This document shows, piece by piece, positions 38,429 to 49,126 of a stretch of 64,000 bases of DNA; position 1 is the first letter of the stretch, and each line of letters starts with the position of its first letter. The stretch comes from Candidatus Multivorans sp. (GTDB taxonomy: Bacteria > Acidobacteriota > Thermoanaerobaculia > Multivoradales > Multivoraceae). Position numbers and translations under genes: made by a program. The notes under the pieces were generated by a model, which searched no databases, had not been told where the DNA came from, and worked only from the letters and a program-made list of their open reading frames with translations. Location of the stretch: contig OZ251997.1 in assembly GCA_965247095.1 (NCBI GenBank), forward strand, positions 3,776,001 to 3,840,000, in the 5' to 3' direction.

Positions 38429-39951
38429 CGAGGCCGGAATTGCTCCGGGAGAGTCACCACGACCGGGAACTCGCGGCGCGGGTGTCCCCCGACGACTGGA
38501 CGAACCCGGCCCCCGAAGGCCGGTACCACCTGGTCGCGATCGGGGCCGGCACTGCCGGTCTGGTGACGGCGATCGTGGCCGCGGGTCTGGGCGCCAAGGT
38601 GGCGCTGATCGAGCGCCGGCTCATGGGCGGCGACTGCCTGAACTTCGGCTGTGTCCCGTCGAAGGGCGTGATCGCCGCGGCGCGGCGGTGGAACGCCGGC
38701 CGCGCCGATCCCGAGTTCGGGGCGCCGGGGGCTGGTCGCGCGGGCGATTTCGGCGCGGCAATGGAGCGCATGCGCCGGATCCGGGCGGCGATCAGCCAGG
38801 ACGACGCGGCCGAGCGCTTTCGTGACGCCGGGGTCGATGTCTACCTGGGCGAGGGCAGATTCCTGTCCGACCGCGCAGTCGCGGTGACCGGTCCTGCGGG
38901 CGACCGCGAGCTGCGCTTCCGCCGCGCTGTCGTCGCCACCGGTGCGCGCCCCCAGGCGCCGCCGATTCCTGGTCTCGACCGGTGCGACTACCTGACCAAC
39001 GAGACGGTCTTCTCGCTCACCGAGCGACCCGAGCGGCTGGCCGTCATCGGCGCCGGCCCGATCGGCTGCGAGCTGTCCCAGGCCTTCGCGCGGCTCGGCA
39101 GCCGGGTGACGACGTTCGACCTTCTACCCGGCATCCTCCCGCGAGAGGATGAGGACGCGGCGGCTCTGGTTGAGCAAGCCCTCCGGCGGGACGGGGTCGA
39201 GTTGGCGCTCGGTGTCCGGATCGAGGAAGTCGCGCCTCATGAGGGAGGCTTCCGCCTGGTCTACCTCGACAGCGACGGCGGCCGCCGCGGGACGAGTTGC
39301 GATGAACTCCTGGTTGCCGTGGGCCGAACGCCGAACATCGAGGGCCTGGGGCTTGAGGAGATCGGTGTCCGTTGCGATGCGACCGGCGTCCAGGTCGACG
39401 CGAAGCTGCGGACGACGAATCCCCGCATCTACGCTGCCGGCGACGTCACACCGGCGCCCAAGTTCACCCACCTGGCGGACGCCCATGCCGGTGTTGTCAT
39501 CCAGAACGCCCTGTTCTTTCCCACCGCCCGCGCCGACCGGCTGGTCGTGCCGCGGTGTACGTACACCTCGCCGGAGGTGGCGCACGTCGGCCTGGACCGG
39601 CAGGAGGCGGAGCAACGTGGCATCGCCGTCGACGTGGTCGACGTAGCCCTGGAAGAGAACCACCGCGCCCTGCTCGACGGCGAGGAGGAGGGGTTTCTGC
39701 GGGTTCTGCTTCAGCGGGGCAGCGACCGCGTGCTTGGCGCCACGGTGGTGGCGGCCGGCGCCGGCGATCTGATCGCGCCGCTCACGCTGGCCGTAACTCA
39801 CGGTCTCGGTCTTTCGAAGTTCACTTCGACCATCCTGCCGTATCCGACCCGGGCGGAGGTGCTCAAGAAGGCCGCGAACCAGTGGCGCAGGACGAAGCTG
39901 AGTCCTACCGTCCAGGGCCTGTTGGCGCGTTGGTTCCGCTGGATCGGTTGA
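38425..39951 (+). CDS. FAD-dependent pyridine nucleotide-disulfide oxidoreductase (LpdA/MerA-like)
   Basis: IGAGTAG, GGDCLNFGCVPSK redox disulfide, GAGPIG.E, IYAAGD, PYPT. Confidence 0.88.
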   Translation: MTRPELLRESHHDRELAARVSPDDWTNPAPEGRYHLVAIGAGTAGLVTAIVAAGLGAKVALIERRLMGGDCLNFGCVPSKGVIAAARRWNAGRADPEFGAPGAGRAGDFGAAMERMRRIRAAISQDDAAERFRDAGVDVYLGEGRFLSDRAVAVTGPAGDRELRFRRAVVATGARPQAPPIPGLDRCDYLTNETVFSLTERPERLAVIGAGPIGCELSQAFARLGSRVTTFDLLPGILPREDEDAAALVEQALRRDGVELALGVRIEEVAPHEGGFRLVYLDSDGGRRGTSCDELLVAVGRTPNIEGLGLEEIGVRCDATGVQVDAKLRTTNPRIYAAGDVTPAPKFTHLADAHAGVVIQNALFFPTARADRLVVPRCTYTSPEVAHVGLDRQEAEQRGIAVDVVDVALEENHRALLDGEEEGFLRVLLQRGSDRVLGATVVAAGAGDLIAPLTLAVTHGLGLSKFTSTILPYPTRAEVLKKAANQWRRTKLSPTVQGLLARWFRWIG

Positions 39952-39961
39952 GCCGCTCGAG

Positions 39962-41251
39962 CTAGAGGTGGCGCCGGCGCGGGCTGCGCCGCCGCCTTCG
40001 TCTCCGCGGCGCCGGTCGCTTCGTGGTGTCGGCTGGGCTTCGGGACGGCGCGGACTCGGCGATCCCCCGCCAGTGTTCGAGTGCCTCACCGCCGCCGCCG
40101 GTGGCAGACGAGAGCAGGGCGAAGAGTTCCACCGCGGGACCGAAGGCCTCTCGGCGGACGAGGTTGTGAACGGTCTTCGGGCTGTGGTTCGGTTCGCACA
40201 GGCGCTGGAATGTCTCCAGCGTCCGCATGATCCGGCCGCGGCGCTCGGCGGAGAGCGCGAAGCGGGTACTGAAGTCGGCCACGACATCGTCCACGAGTCG
40301 TTGCAGGCGCCGGCGCTGGACTCCTTCCCCGCCGGCCTCCAGGCGCTCTCTGCCGACCACGACCCGTGGCAGGAGCAAGGTCGACAGCAGCGCTTCAAGC
40401 GGCACTTCCGGCCCGGTGTTGACGCGTTCGTCAAGTTGCTCCGCGAGTTGGGAGAAGCCGTCCCTCTCGGTGCCCGTCCCCCGCACTTCGTCGACCTCGG
40501 GCAGAACGACCGGGAGCAGGCCCGAGCGCCGCATCCAGTCGAAGGTCGCGGCGCTCCGGCCGCTCGACAGGAGCTGGATCAACTCCTCGATCAGGCGGTG
40601 CGGCGAGGCCTTGGCCATGTCCCGGCGGTGCTCGAAGGCGGCGGCAAGGGTCTCGTTCTCGATCTCGAAGTCCAGGCGCGCCGCGAATTCGCAGGCCCGC
40701 AGCATGCGGACCGGATCCTCGCGGTAGCGCAGGTTGGGATCGCCGATCACGCGGATGCACCCGCGATCGAGATCCTCAAGGCCTCCCACATAGTCGACGA
40801 CGGCGCGGTCGGAGGCTCGGTAGAGCAGGGCATTGATGGTGAAGTCGCGTCGGAAGGCGTCCTGTCTGGGTGTGCCGTAGGTGTTGTCGCTGGTTACCAG
40901 GAGCTCGCCGGGCGAACGGCGTTGATGATCGGGATCCGGCGCGCCGCGGAACGTGGACACCTCGACCACCTCGTCGCCGAACCAAACGTGAGCGAGGCGA
41001 AAGCGCCGGCCGATGATCCGGGAGTTCCGGAATAGCCGCCGCACGTCCTCGGGGCGCGCGTCGGTGACGACGTCGTAGTCCTTCGGTGCGCGTTGTAGCA
41101 TCAGATCGCGCACGCTGCCGCCGACCAGACCGGCGTTCCGGCCAGCCTGATCCAATCTCCGCAGCACCTTCTGGGCGCCCGGAGAGATATGCCGCCACGA
41201 GATCGGGTGCTCGGAACGCGGCAGTATCGTGGCCGCGGCCGGCGCTTCCAT
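39962..41251 (-). CDS. pcnB: Poly(A) polymerase
   Basis: LVGGSVRD, KDYDVVT, IIGRRFRLAHV signature, DAFRRDFTINAL, EDPVRMLRA; Arg-rich tail. Confidence 0.9.
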   Translation of the reverse strand: MEAPAAATILPRSEHPISWRHISPGAQKVLRRLDQAGRNAGLVGGSVRDLMLQRAPKDYDVVTDARPEDVRRLFRNSRIIGRRFRLAHVWFGDEVVEVSTFRGAPDPDHQRRSPGELLVTSDNTYGTPRQDAFRRDFTINALLYRASDRAVVDYVGGLEDLDRGCIRVIGDPNLRYREDPVRMLRACEFAARLDFEIENETLAAAFEHRRDMAKASPHRLIEELIQLLSSGRSAATFDWMRRSGLLPVVLPEVDEVRGTGTERDGFSQLAEQLDERVNTGPEVPLEALLSTLLLPRVVVGRERLEAGGEGVQRRRLQRLVDDVVADFSTRFALSAERRGRIMRTLETFQRLCEPNHSPKTVHNLVRREAFGPAVELFALLSSATGGGGEALEHWRGIAESAPSRSPADTTKRPAPRRRRRRRSPRRRHL

Positions 41252-41354
41252 CGGATCAGGGTATCAACGGACGCCGGTTGCGGCGCCGCCTGGTGCGGTG
41301 GAGGCCCGTGATGCGCCCGTGGCGGCCCCCTTTGGATCGTGCAACGATCGGGGT

Positions 41355-43223
41355 GTGTCTGTGCGGGTAGCGTCAACTCGGATCGGCCCGTGTCCGGTGG
41401 CGGTGTGCCTGCTCATCGCGTTCCAGTCGGTCTCCACGGCCGCCGTCCGCGCGGACGATCTGTTTCTTCCGGCCGGCCCGTCGAGCGAGCAGACGAACGG
41501 CGCCCGTGCGGCGGCTTCCACCTCGGCGACGCCCGAGCTCCTGGGCGCGACGCTTCGCCGCCGGCTCGCGCGGATCGACCGGCGCCTGCTCGACGAGGCG
41601 CGCGCGACTGCCGCACGGGGCGGGAACGCCGAGGGTCTGATCGACCTGAACCTGTTCGACGACGCATCCTTCGCGGCCGTCGGTCTCAGCGCCGCGCCGA
41701 CGTCGTCCGGATACTCCGTGTCCGGGCAGCTCGACGGTGTGCCTTTCGGCATGGTCACCCTGGTGGTCAACGGGGACGTCATCGTCGGCACGGTGCGGGC
41801 TCTCGGGGAGACCTACACGATCCGTTCGGCCGGCGGCGGCGACATCGAGATACGGCAGACCGATGAAGGGGCGTTGCCTGAATGCGCCGGACCGCGGACG
41901 GCGCCGCCGGTCGAGGCCGTCGCGCCTGAGGCCGGCGCGCCTGGGACCGACGTGGCGGAGGCCTCGGTCAGCATCGGAACCACCAGCGATCCTTCGCAGA
42001 TCGACGTCCTGGTCGTCTACACCACGGCGGCGAAGGATGCGGCCGGTGGAGAAGACGCGATCGAAGCGACGATCGATCTCTGGTTCGCCGAAGCGAGCGG
42101 TTACTTCACGGCCAGCGGCGTCGACCTGCATATCCACCTGGCGCACATGGAGGAACTGGACTACATGGAGACCAGGTCGTCCTACGAATTGACCCCCCTT
42201 CGTCTCACGGAGGACGGCATCATGGACCGCGTGCACGCGATGCGCGATGCCGTCGGCGCGGATGTGGTCCATCTGGTCGAGCGGTGGGGAAGCTCAGGTC
42301 GCTTCAGGTACTGCGGGCTTGCCTACCTCCTGGAGGACGTCGACACTTCTTTCGCGCGCTATGCGTTCGGCGTCACCGTGCTCAGTTGCGGCAGCTCGGT
42401 GTTCGCGCACGAGCTCGGTCACAACATGGGTCTCAACCACGACCGCTACGCCCATGACGTGGCCCTCGACTCCGGCCTGACCAACAAGCCGACCAACTAC
42501 GCCTACGGCTATGTCAATCAGGCGGGGCTCGAATCGGGTTCTGCGGCAACGAGGCGGTGGCGGACGATCATGGCCTACGGCACGCAGTGCTCTCACGCGG
42601 GAGTTTCGGGCTGTTCGCGCGTGGGCCGGTTCTCGAATCCGGGCCAGACCCGTTCCGGCGATCCGCTCGGCGTCTGGAGCAATGGGAATGCAAGTGCCGT
42701 CACCGGCCCGGCCGACGCCAGCTTGACCCTCAACGGCACCCGCGCGACGGTGGCGGCGTTCCGCTCGCCCGGCACGAATCCCGCGGTTGTGTCGTTGAGG
42801 CGCCGGCAACCGGCGGAGGAGAAGACGAACGGCAGCACCCTTGGCTGGCGGCTGGCGTTCAATCGCGACGTGAAGAACGTGACGAGTGGGGACTTCGAAC
42901 TCGCGGGTTCGGGTCTCAGGACCACGACCCTGACGGTAACGGCGAAGACCGGTAGCCAGCAGATCTACGACATCGATGTAACGGCGGGGTTGAGCGCCTT
43001 CAACGGGGAAGTGACGCTCGGTTTCGCGGCTGGGCAGAACATCCTGGATCTATCGAACAGGGCGCTGGACACGACCTGGCCCGCTGCCGCGGAACGGACC
43101 TACACGCTGGATCATGCCGCACCTTCGCCTGCGATCGCTCCCTCGAGCGCGAGCAGTTCACCGTTTGTGGCGACGATCCGCTTCGCGGAGGACGTGGAGG
43201 ACTTTGCCGTGCCGGCGACGTGA
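41355..43223 (+). CDS. Secreted M12B/reprolysin-like zinc metalloprotease, N-terminal part (frameshift near 43210)
   Basis: Signal-like N-terminus; IDVLVVYT; HELGHNMGLNHD; TIMAY Met-turn; Ig-like domains; start uncertain. Confidence 0.82.
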   Translation: MSVRVASTRIGPCPVAVCLLIAFQSVSTAAVRADDLFLPAGPSSEQTNGARAAASTSATPELLGATLRRRLARIDRRLLDEARATAARGGNAEGLIDLNLFDDASFAAVGLSAAPTSSGYSVSGQLDGVPFGMVTLVVNGDVIVGTVRALGETYTIRSAGGGDIEIRQTDEGALPECAGPRTAPPVEAVAPEAGAPGTDVAEASVSIGTTSDPSQIDVLVVYTTAAKDAAGGEDAIEATIDLWFAEASGYFTASGVDLHIHLAHMEELDYMETRSSYELTPLRLTEDGIMDRVHAMRDAVGADVVHLVERWGSSGRFRYCGLAYLLEDVDTSFARYAFGVTVLSCGSSVFAHELGHNMGLNHDRYAHDVALDSGLTNKPTNYAYGYVNQAGLESGSAATRRWRTIMAYGTQCSHAGVSGCSRVGRFSNPGQTRSGDPLGVWSNGNASAVTGPADASLTLNGTRATVAAFRSPGTNPAVVSLRRRQPAEEKTNGSTLGWRLAFNRDVKNVTSGDFELAGSGLRTTTLTVTAKTGSQQIYDIDVTAGLSAFNGEVTLGFAAGQNILDLSNRALDTTWPAAAERTYTLDHAAPSPAIAPSSASSSPFVATIRFAEDVEDFAVPAT

Positions 43224-45079
43224 CCGCGACGAACGCCACCGTAGCTGCCCCGTCGCGGTCCGACCCGCGCACCTACACCGTGCAGGTCACGCCCACCACC
43301 ACCGGTGCTTCGACAGTCACTCTGACCGTCCCCGCGGACGCCGCGAAGGACATCGTGGGCAACCAGAGCGTCGCCGCTTCCCAGGCCGTTGCCTACGACC
43401 CCGCGACCACTGTGTCGCTGGCGGTCGCCGGACTGTCGAACGGGTCGATCGCGGAGAACGCGACGTGGACGTCTGCCACGCCTTCGGTCACTGGAAGCCC
43501 GGTGGGAACGGTGTCGTGGACCAAGGAAGGGACCGACGCCGGCCACTTCGAGATCGCTGGGGCGACGGGCGTTCTCACTCTTCCGGGACGGGACTTCGAA
43601 GAGCAGGCCGACGCGAACGGCGACAACGAGTACGAGGTGACGGTGAGGACAACCGACGCCAACGGCAACTCGGCCACGGCGCAGGTCACGGTGACCGTGA
43701 CCGATGCGGTGGAGGCGAGGGACCTTCGCGTCTCCCACGCGTTCAGCCGCAAGGTTCCGGAAACCCGGAGTTACTCCGAGAGACCGTCGCTGAGGCCGAA
43801 TGTCGTCTGCCCCGATGTTTGCAAGGTCGACGAGGGTCCGGTCGGCGCGGTGACTTGGTCCAAGACGGGCGCCGACGCCGCCCTATTCGACCTCGACACG
43901 AGTTCGGGCGACTTGTCGCTCGAGGCGAAGGACTTCGAGAACCCGGTGGACACGAACACCGACAACGACTACGAGGTGACCGTGTCGGCCACCGATTCTG
44001 ACGGCAACAGCGCCAGCAAGGACGTGACGGCGAGGGTGACCAAGGGACCTCCCCGCTGGCTCTCCATCTCGGGCCTTTCGTCCGAGATCGTAGAGGAGAA
44101 CAGCGCCTGGACCTCCGGAACGCCGCCGGCCGCGGGCGCCGACGGCAGCGTGGTCTGGACGAAGGAAGGGTCGGACGCGGCTCGGTTCTCGATCGGATCG
44201 GGGACCGGCGTGTTGACGCTAGCGGCTCAGGACCGCGCGAACCCCATTGACGCAGACCAGGACAACGCCTACGAGGTGACCGTGCGAGCCACCGACGGGG
44301 TAGGCAACTCCGGCGCCGTTGGGATCACGGTGACCGTTACCGACCTTCCGCCGCCGCCGCCGCCACCACCTCCGCCACCTCCGCCACCACCTCCGCCACC
44401 ACCTCCACCGCCACCGCCACCAGACGACGATGACGACGACTCCGTTCCTCCGGTGGCGGCGTTCGCGGTGGAGGGAGCGACCTGCGACGCCGACCTGTGC
44501 CGGGCAGTCACCGGGGAGGCGGTGGGGTTTGTGGACACGAGTTCCGGGATCGTGCGCTCGCGGCGCTGGGAGTTCGGCGACGGGAAGATGTCTCGGTCTC
44601 GCAGGCCGGAGTACGCCTGGTCGTCGCCTGGCTTCTACGAGGTCACGCTGTGGGTGAGCGACGGGGTGACCGAGTCGACGGCGTCGCAGGTGTTCCTGGT
44701 CGAGGCTGCGGCGCCTCTGGGTTCCTGCGTGGCGGACGCGGAGACGCTCTGCCTTCAGGATTCCCGTTATGCCGTGGCCGTTGAGTGGCGCAAGGCGGAC
44801 GGCGAGAGCGGCGCCGGCAGCGTGGTCCACTCAGGAACGAACGACTCGGGTCTGTTCCGGTTCTTCGACCGAGACAACTGGGAGATTCTGATCAAGGTGC
44901 TCGACGGCTGCGCGCTGAACGGCCACGTGTGGGTCTTCGGAGCGTCGACGACGGACCTGGGGTACCGGATCGAGGTGACCGACACGGTGACCGGAGTAGT
45001 GCGGGAGTACCAGAACGAGCCCGCCAGGGCCGCGCAGGCGATCACCGACGCTACGGCGTTCCAAGCGTGCGCCCGCTGA
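43220..45079 (+). CDS. Cadherin-like repeats, poly-Pro linker, PKD and Cys-containing C-terminal domain; probable continuation of the upstream protease
   Basis: Three cadherin-like repeats ending DN.YEVTV (two with DFE); P25D6 linker; WEFGDG PKD motif; CVADAETLCL...NWEILIKVLDGC domain. Confidence 0.8.
   Translation: MTATNATVAAPSRSDPRTYTVQVTPTTTGASTVTLTVPADAAKDIVGNQSVAASQAVAYDPATTVSLAVAGLSNGSIAENATWTSATPSVTGSPVGTVSWTKEGTDAGHFEIAGATGVLTLPGRDFEEQADANGDNEYEVTVRTTDANGNSATAQVTVTVTDAVEARDLRVSHAFSRKVPETRSYSERPSLRPNVVCPDVCKVDEGPVGAVTWSKTGADAALFDLDTSSGDLSLEAKDFENPVDTNTDNDYEVTVSATDSDGNSASKDVTARVTKGPPRWLSISGLSSEIVEENSAWTSGTPPAAGADGSVVWTKEGSDAARFSIGSGTGVLTLAAQDRANPIDADQDNAYEVTVRATDGVGNSGAVGITVTVTDLPPPPPPPPPPPPPPPPPPPPPPPPPDDDDDDSVPPVAAFAVEGATCDADLCRAVTGEAVGFVDTSSGIVRSRRWEFGDGKMSRSRRPEYAWSSPGFYEVTLWVSDGVTESTASQVFLVEAAAPLGSCVADAETLCLQDSRYAVAVEWRKADGESGAGSVVHSGTNDSGLFRFFDRDNWEILIKVLDGCALNGHVWVFGASTTDLGYRIEVTDTVTGVVREYQNEPARAAQAITDATAFQACAR
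44348..44422 (+). repeat. CCN tract encoding 25 consecutive prolines
   Basis: 75 nt of CCG/CCA/CCT codons followed by six Asp codons. Confidence 0.95.
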
Positions 45080-45189
45080 CGGCGCACGCATGGTTCACGG
45101 CTGGTGCGCGAAGCGCGCCAGCCGGGTTCCCCGGCGGCTGCGAGCCGTAGCGGTCTTCGCCCCGCACCTCGTGCGCCCGCTGACGGCGC
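45066..45189. repeat. 20-bp direct repeats flanking an 84-bp hairpin-containing insert
   Basis: CGTGCGCCCGCTGACGGCGC at 45066-45085 and 45170-45189; internal hairpin CGGCTGGTGCGC-GAA-GCGCGCCAGCCG. Confidence 0.8.
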
Positions 45190-45210
45190 TGACTGGTAAG
45201 CTGCGCCGCC

Positions 45211-46332
45211 GTGGGCGCCTTGGACGGACTTCGGGTTCTCGACCTGTCGCGGCTTGCCCCCGGGCCGTACTGCTCGATGCTGCTCGCCGACATGGGGGCG
45301 GACGTGTTGCGGGTCGACAACGCGGTCGGCGGACCGGTCCGATCCGGCGACATGCTGTCGCGGAACAAGCGCAGCATCGCGCTCAACCTGAAGACGGCGG
45401 ACGGCCAGCGCATCCTCCACGAACTGGCCGCGGAGGCGGATGTCTTCCTGGAGGGCAACCGGCCCGGCGTCTGCGCCCGGTTGGGTTGCGACTACGCGAG
45501 TCTTTCGGCGATCAATCCCCGTCTCGTCTACTGCTCGCTTACCGGCTACGGTCAGAGCGGGCCGATGGCGCAGGCCGCCGGGCACGACGTGAACTACATC
45601 GCACTCGCCGGCGTTCTGTCGCAGATCGGCAACGGCCGGGAACCGCCCCTGCCTCCCCTCAACCTGGTCGCCGACTTCGGCGGCGGCGGGCTGATGGCGG
45701 CCTTCGGCATCCTCTGCGCCCTGTTCGAGCGGGAGCGATCCGGCCGCGGCCAGTACATCGACGCCGCGATGATCGACGGAGCGGCTTCCCTGATGGCCGT
45801 GCACTTCGCGCAGAAGGGCGCCCGCTCGACGCCGGGCACAGGGCTCCTCGGCGGGGGTGCGGCCTTCTACCGCTGCTATGAGTGCAAGTGCGGCGGCTAC
45901 GTCTCTGTCGGCGCGATCGAACCGCAGTTCTTCGCCGCGCTGTGCGAAGGAACCGGCGTCGATGTCGCTGACGAGCAGATGGACACCGACCGCTGGCCGG
46001 CGCACATCGATGCGTTCCGGCGCGCCTTCCTGACCCGGACCCGCGACGAATGGGCCGGGGTGTTCAGCGAGCTCGACGCCTGTGTGTCGCCGGTGCTCGA
46101 CCTCGACGAGGCGCCGCGCCATGCGCACAACATGCAGCGGGGAACCTTCCCGATCGGTCCGGACGGAGAGATTCACATAGCGCCCGCACCGCGCCTGGAC
46201 AGGACGCCCGGCGACCTCCGCCGGCGCGAACCGCGGATGGGCGAACACACCGGAGAGGTCCTTCAGGGTCTCGGTTACAGCGCCGGGGAGATCGAAGGAC
46301 TCCAACAGAACGGAGCGATCCTGAGAACATGA
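45211..46332 (+). CDS. CaiB/BaiF family III CoA transferase (AMACR-like)
   Basis: VLDLSRLAPGP, RNKRSIALNLK, GHDVNY, ADFGGG, GAIEPQF. Confidence 0.92.
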   Translation: MGALDGLRVLDLSRLAPGPYCSMLLADMGADVLRVDNAVGGPVRSGDMLSRNKRSIALNLKTADGQRILHELAAEADVFLEGNRPGVCARLGCDYASLSAINPRLVYCSLTGYGQSGPMAQAAGHDVNYIALAGVLSQIGNGREPPLPPLNLVADFGGGGLMAAFGILCALFERERSGRGQYIDAAMIDGAASLMAVHFAQKGARSTPGTGLLGGGAAFYRCYECKCGGYVSVGAIEPQFFAALCEGTGVDVADEQMDTDRWPAHIDAFRRAFLTRTRDEWAGVFSELDACVSPVLDLDEAPRHAHNMQRGTFPIGPDGEIHIAPAPRLDRTPGDLRRREPRMGEHTGEVLQGLGYSAGEIEGLQQNGAILRT

Positions 46333-46850
46333 ACGAACCACGTACCCACGATGGTCCACCTGCCGACGGCGCGGGCAGAGTCTTCGAGGACTTCGAGGTC
46401 GGCCAGGTCTTCCGTCACGCCCTGGGGCGGACGGTCACGGAGGGCGACAACGTCTGGTTGACGATGATCACCCTGAACCCGAACCCGATCCACTTCGATC
46501 GCGAGTACGCGGGTCAGACGGAGTGGGGGCAGCCCCTGGTCAACTCCTGCTTCACCCTCTCCTTGGTCACCGCGCTGACCGTCGCCGACCTGTCCCAGAA
46601 CGCGGTGAACCTGGGTTGGGACCGGGTCCGTCTGCCGCACCCGGTGTTTGAAGGCGACACGCTGTATGCCCAGAGCGAGGTGCTCTCCGTTCGCGAGTCG
46701 AAGTCGCGCCCGCACCAGGGCATCGTGGGCTTCCGCACGATCGGCTACAACCAGACCGGCCGGCCGGTGATCACGTTCGACCGCACGATTCTCGTGTACC
46801 GCCGCGGCCACATGCCGGCGAAGCCGGTCCGCCCGGCGCTGCGCGCGTAG
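46329..46850 (+). CDS. MaoC family dehydratase
   Basis: FEDFEVGQ, NPNPIHFD, PVFEGDTL. Confidence 0.9.
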   Translation: MNEPRTHDGPPADGAGRVFEDFEVGQVFRHALGRTVTEGDNVWLTMITLNPNPIHFDREYAGQTEWGQPLVNSCFTLSLVTALTVADLSQNAVNLGWDRVRLPHPVFEGDTLYAQSEVLSVRESKSRPHQGIVGFRTIGYNQTGRPVITFDRTILVYRRGHMPAKPVRPALRA

Positions 46851-46874
46851 CCGGGACTGCGGCCCGCCCCGGCG

Positions 46875-48140
<1,266 letters not shown>

Positions 48141-48264
48141 CGCTGCTGTCTACCCCTTGACCCTTCCCGGTATTCGATTCACTTGGCGCGCGTCGGGGGC
48201 GGAGTGTAGCAGCCCGGAGCCGCCGGTTTGCGGTCGCGCGATCGGGGTGTTGACGAAGGTTGGG

Positions 48265-49122
48265 TCAGAACCTGAACCGGAGATCCACGGCGGTTTGAAG
48301 GCCGCCACCGCCGATTGCCACCGTCCCGCCGCTCGGGGCGTCGAGATCGATCGAGGCGTCGCTGAAGCGAACGACTCCGCCCAATCCGGTGCTCTTGCTG
48401 AAGTAGTAGGCGACGTCGATGCCGAGGTGGTACCCGATGGCGCTGCCTGATGCTTTCCGGTGTTCGACGCCGGCGTAGTTCGCCGTGTCGAAGGGGTAGG
48501 TCTGATCGAAGCGAACGGCGGTCGCCAGGTCATAGTCGACGTCGATCTGGGAAGGACCGGCGAACAGGGCGACCTGGACCTTCTCGCCGTCCCGAACGAG
48601 CCACTTCAACGAAAGGTGAATGGCCGTCTCATCGCGTGAGAGGCCACGGCTCCTGCCTTCGACAGTGCGCGGACTTCCGAACAGGAAGGGGTGTGGCAAC
48701 CGACCCACGATGTCCGCCTGGTCGGAGAGCGAGGACTGGGACCAGGTGAGCCCGAGCGCCAGTGGACCGCGCAGGCGGAGGCCAAGGGATGCCTCGTAGA
48801 GAGAGGCGTCGCCGCCCACGTAGTCGGCGTCGAACTCACCCTGCTCGGAACCGAACAGCCTGTGGTCGAAGGTGAAGGTCCCGGACGGAGCGTCGTTGGT
48901 CGACAGCAGGCCGCCGCCCAGGGTGACGGACCAGCGGTCCCGGGCCGCTTCGCCATTCTCGGACTCGGTGGAAGCGACCGTATCCTCCTGCGGCGCGTCG
49001 GCTTGCGCGGCAAGGGGCGCCGTCGACCAGGTCAGGAGCAGGAGGGCCAGACCCATCGAGAGCCGCAGCCGACGGCTGTTCCTTGTTGGCGTCTTCAGAT
49101 TCATTGCCTGGTTCTTCCTCAT
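48265..49122 (-). CDS. Outer-membrane beta-barrel protein
   Basis: Signal peptide; alternating amphipathic strands; C-terminal DLRFRF. Confidence 0.75.
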   Translation of the reverse strand: MRKNQAMNLKTPTRNSRRLRLSMGLALLLLTWSTAPLAAQADAPQEDTVASTESENGEAARDRWSVTLGGGLLSTNDAPSGTFTFDHRLFGSEQGEFDADYVGGDASLYEASLGLRLRGPLALGLTWSQSSLSDQADIVGRLPHPFLFGSPRTVEGRSRGLSRDETAIHLSLKWLVRDGEKVQVALFAGPSQIDVDYDLATAVRFDQTYPFDTANYAGVEHRKASGSAIGYHLGIDVAYYFSKSTGLGGVVRFSDASIDLDAPSGGTVAIGGGGLQTAVDLRFRF

Positions 49123-49126
49123 CGGT

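Noticed and set aside
38425-39951. Mercuric reductase (merA)
   Set aside because: No C-terminal Cys-Cys, no NmerA domain and no mer operon genes
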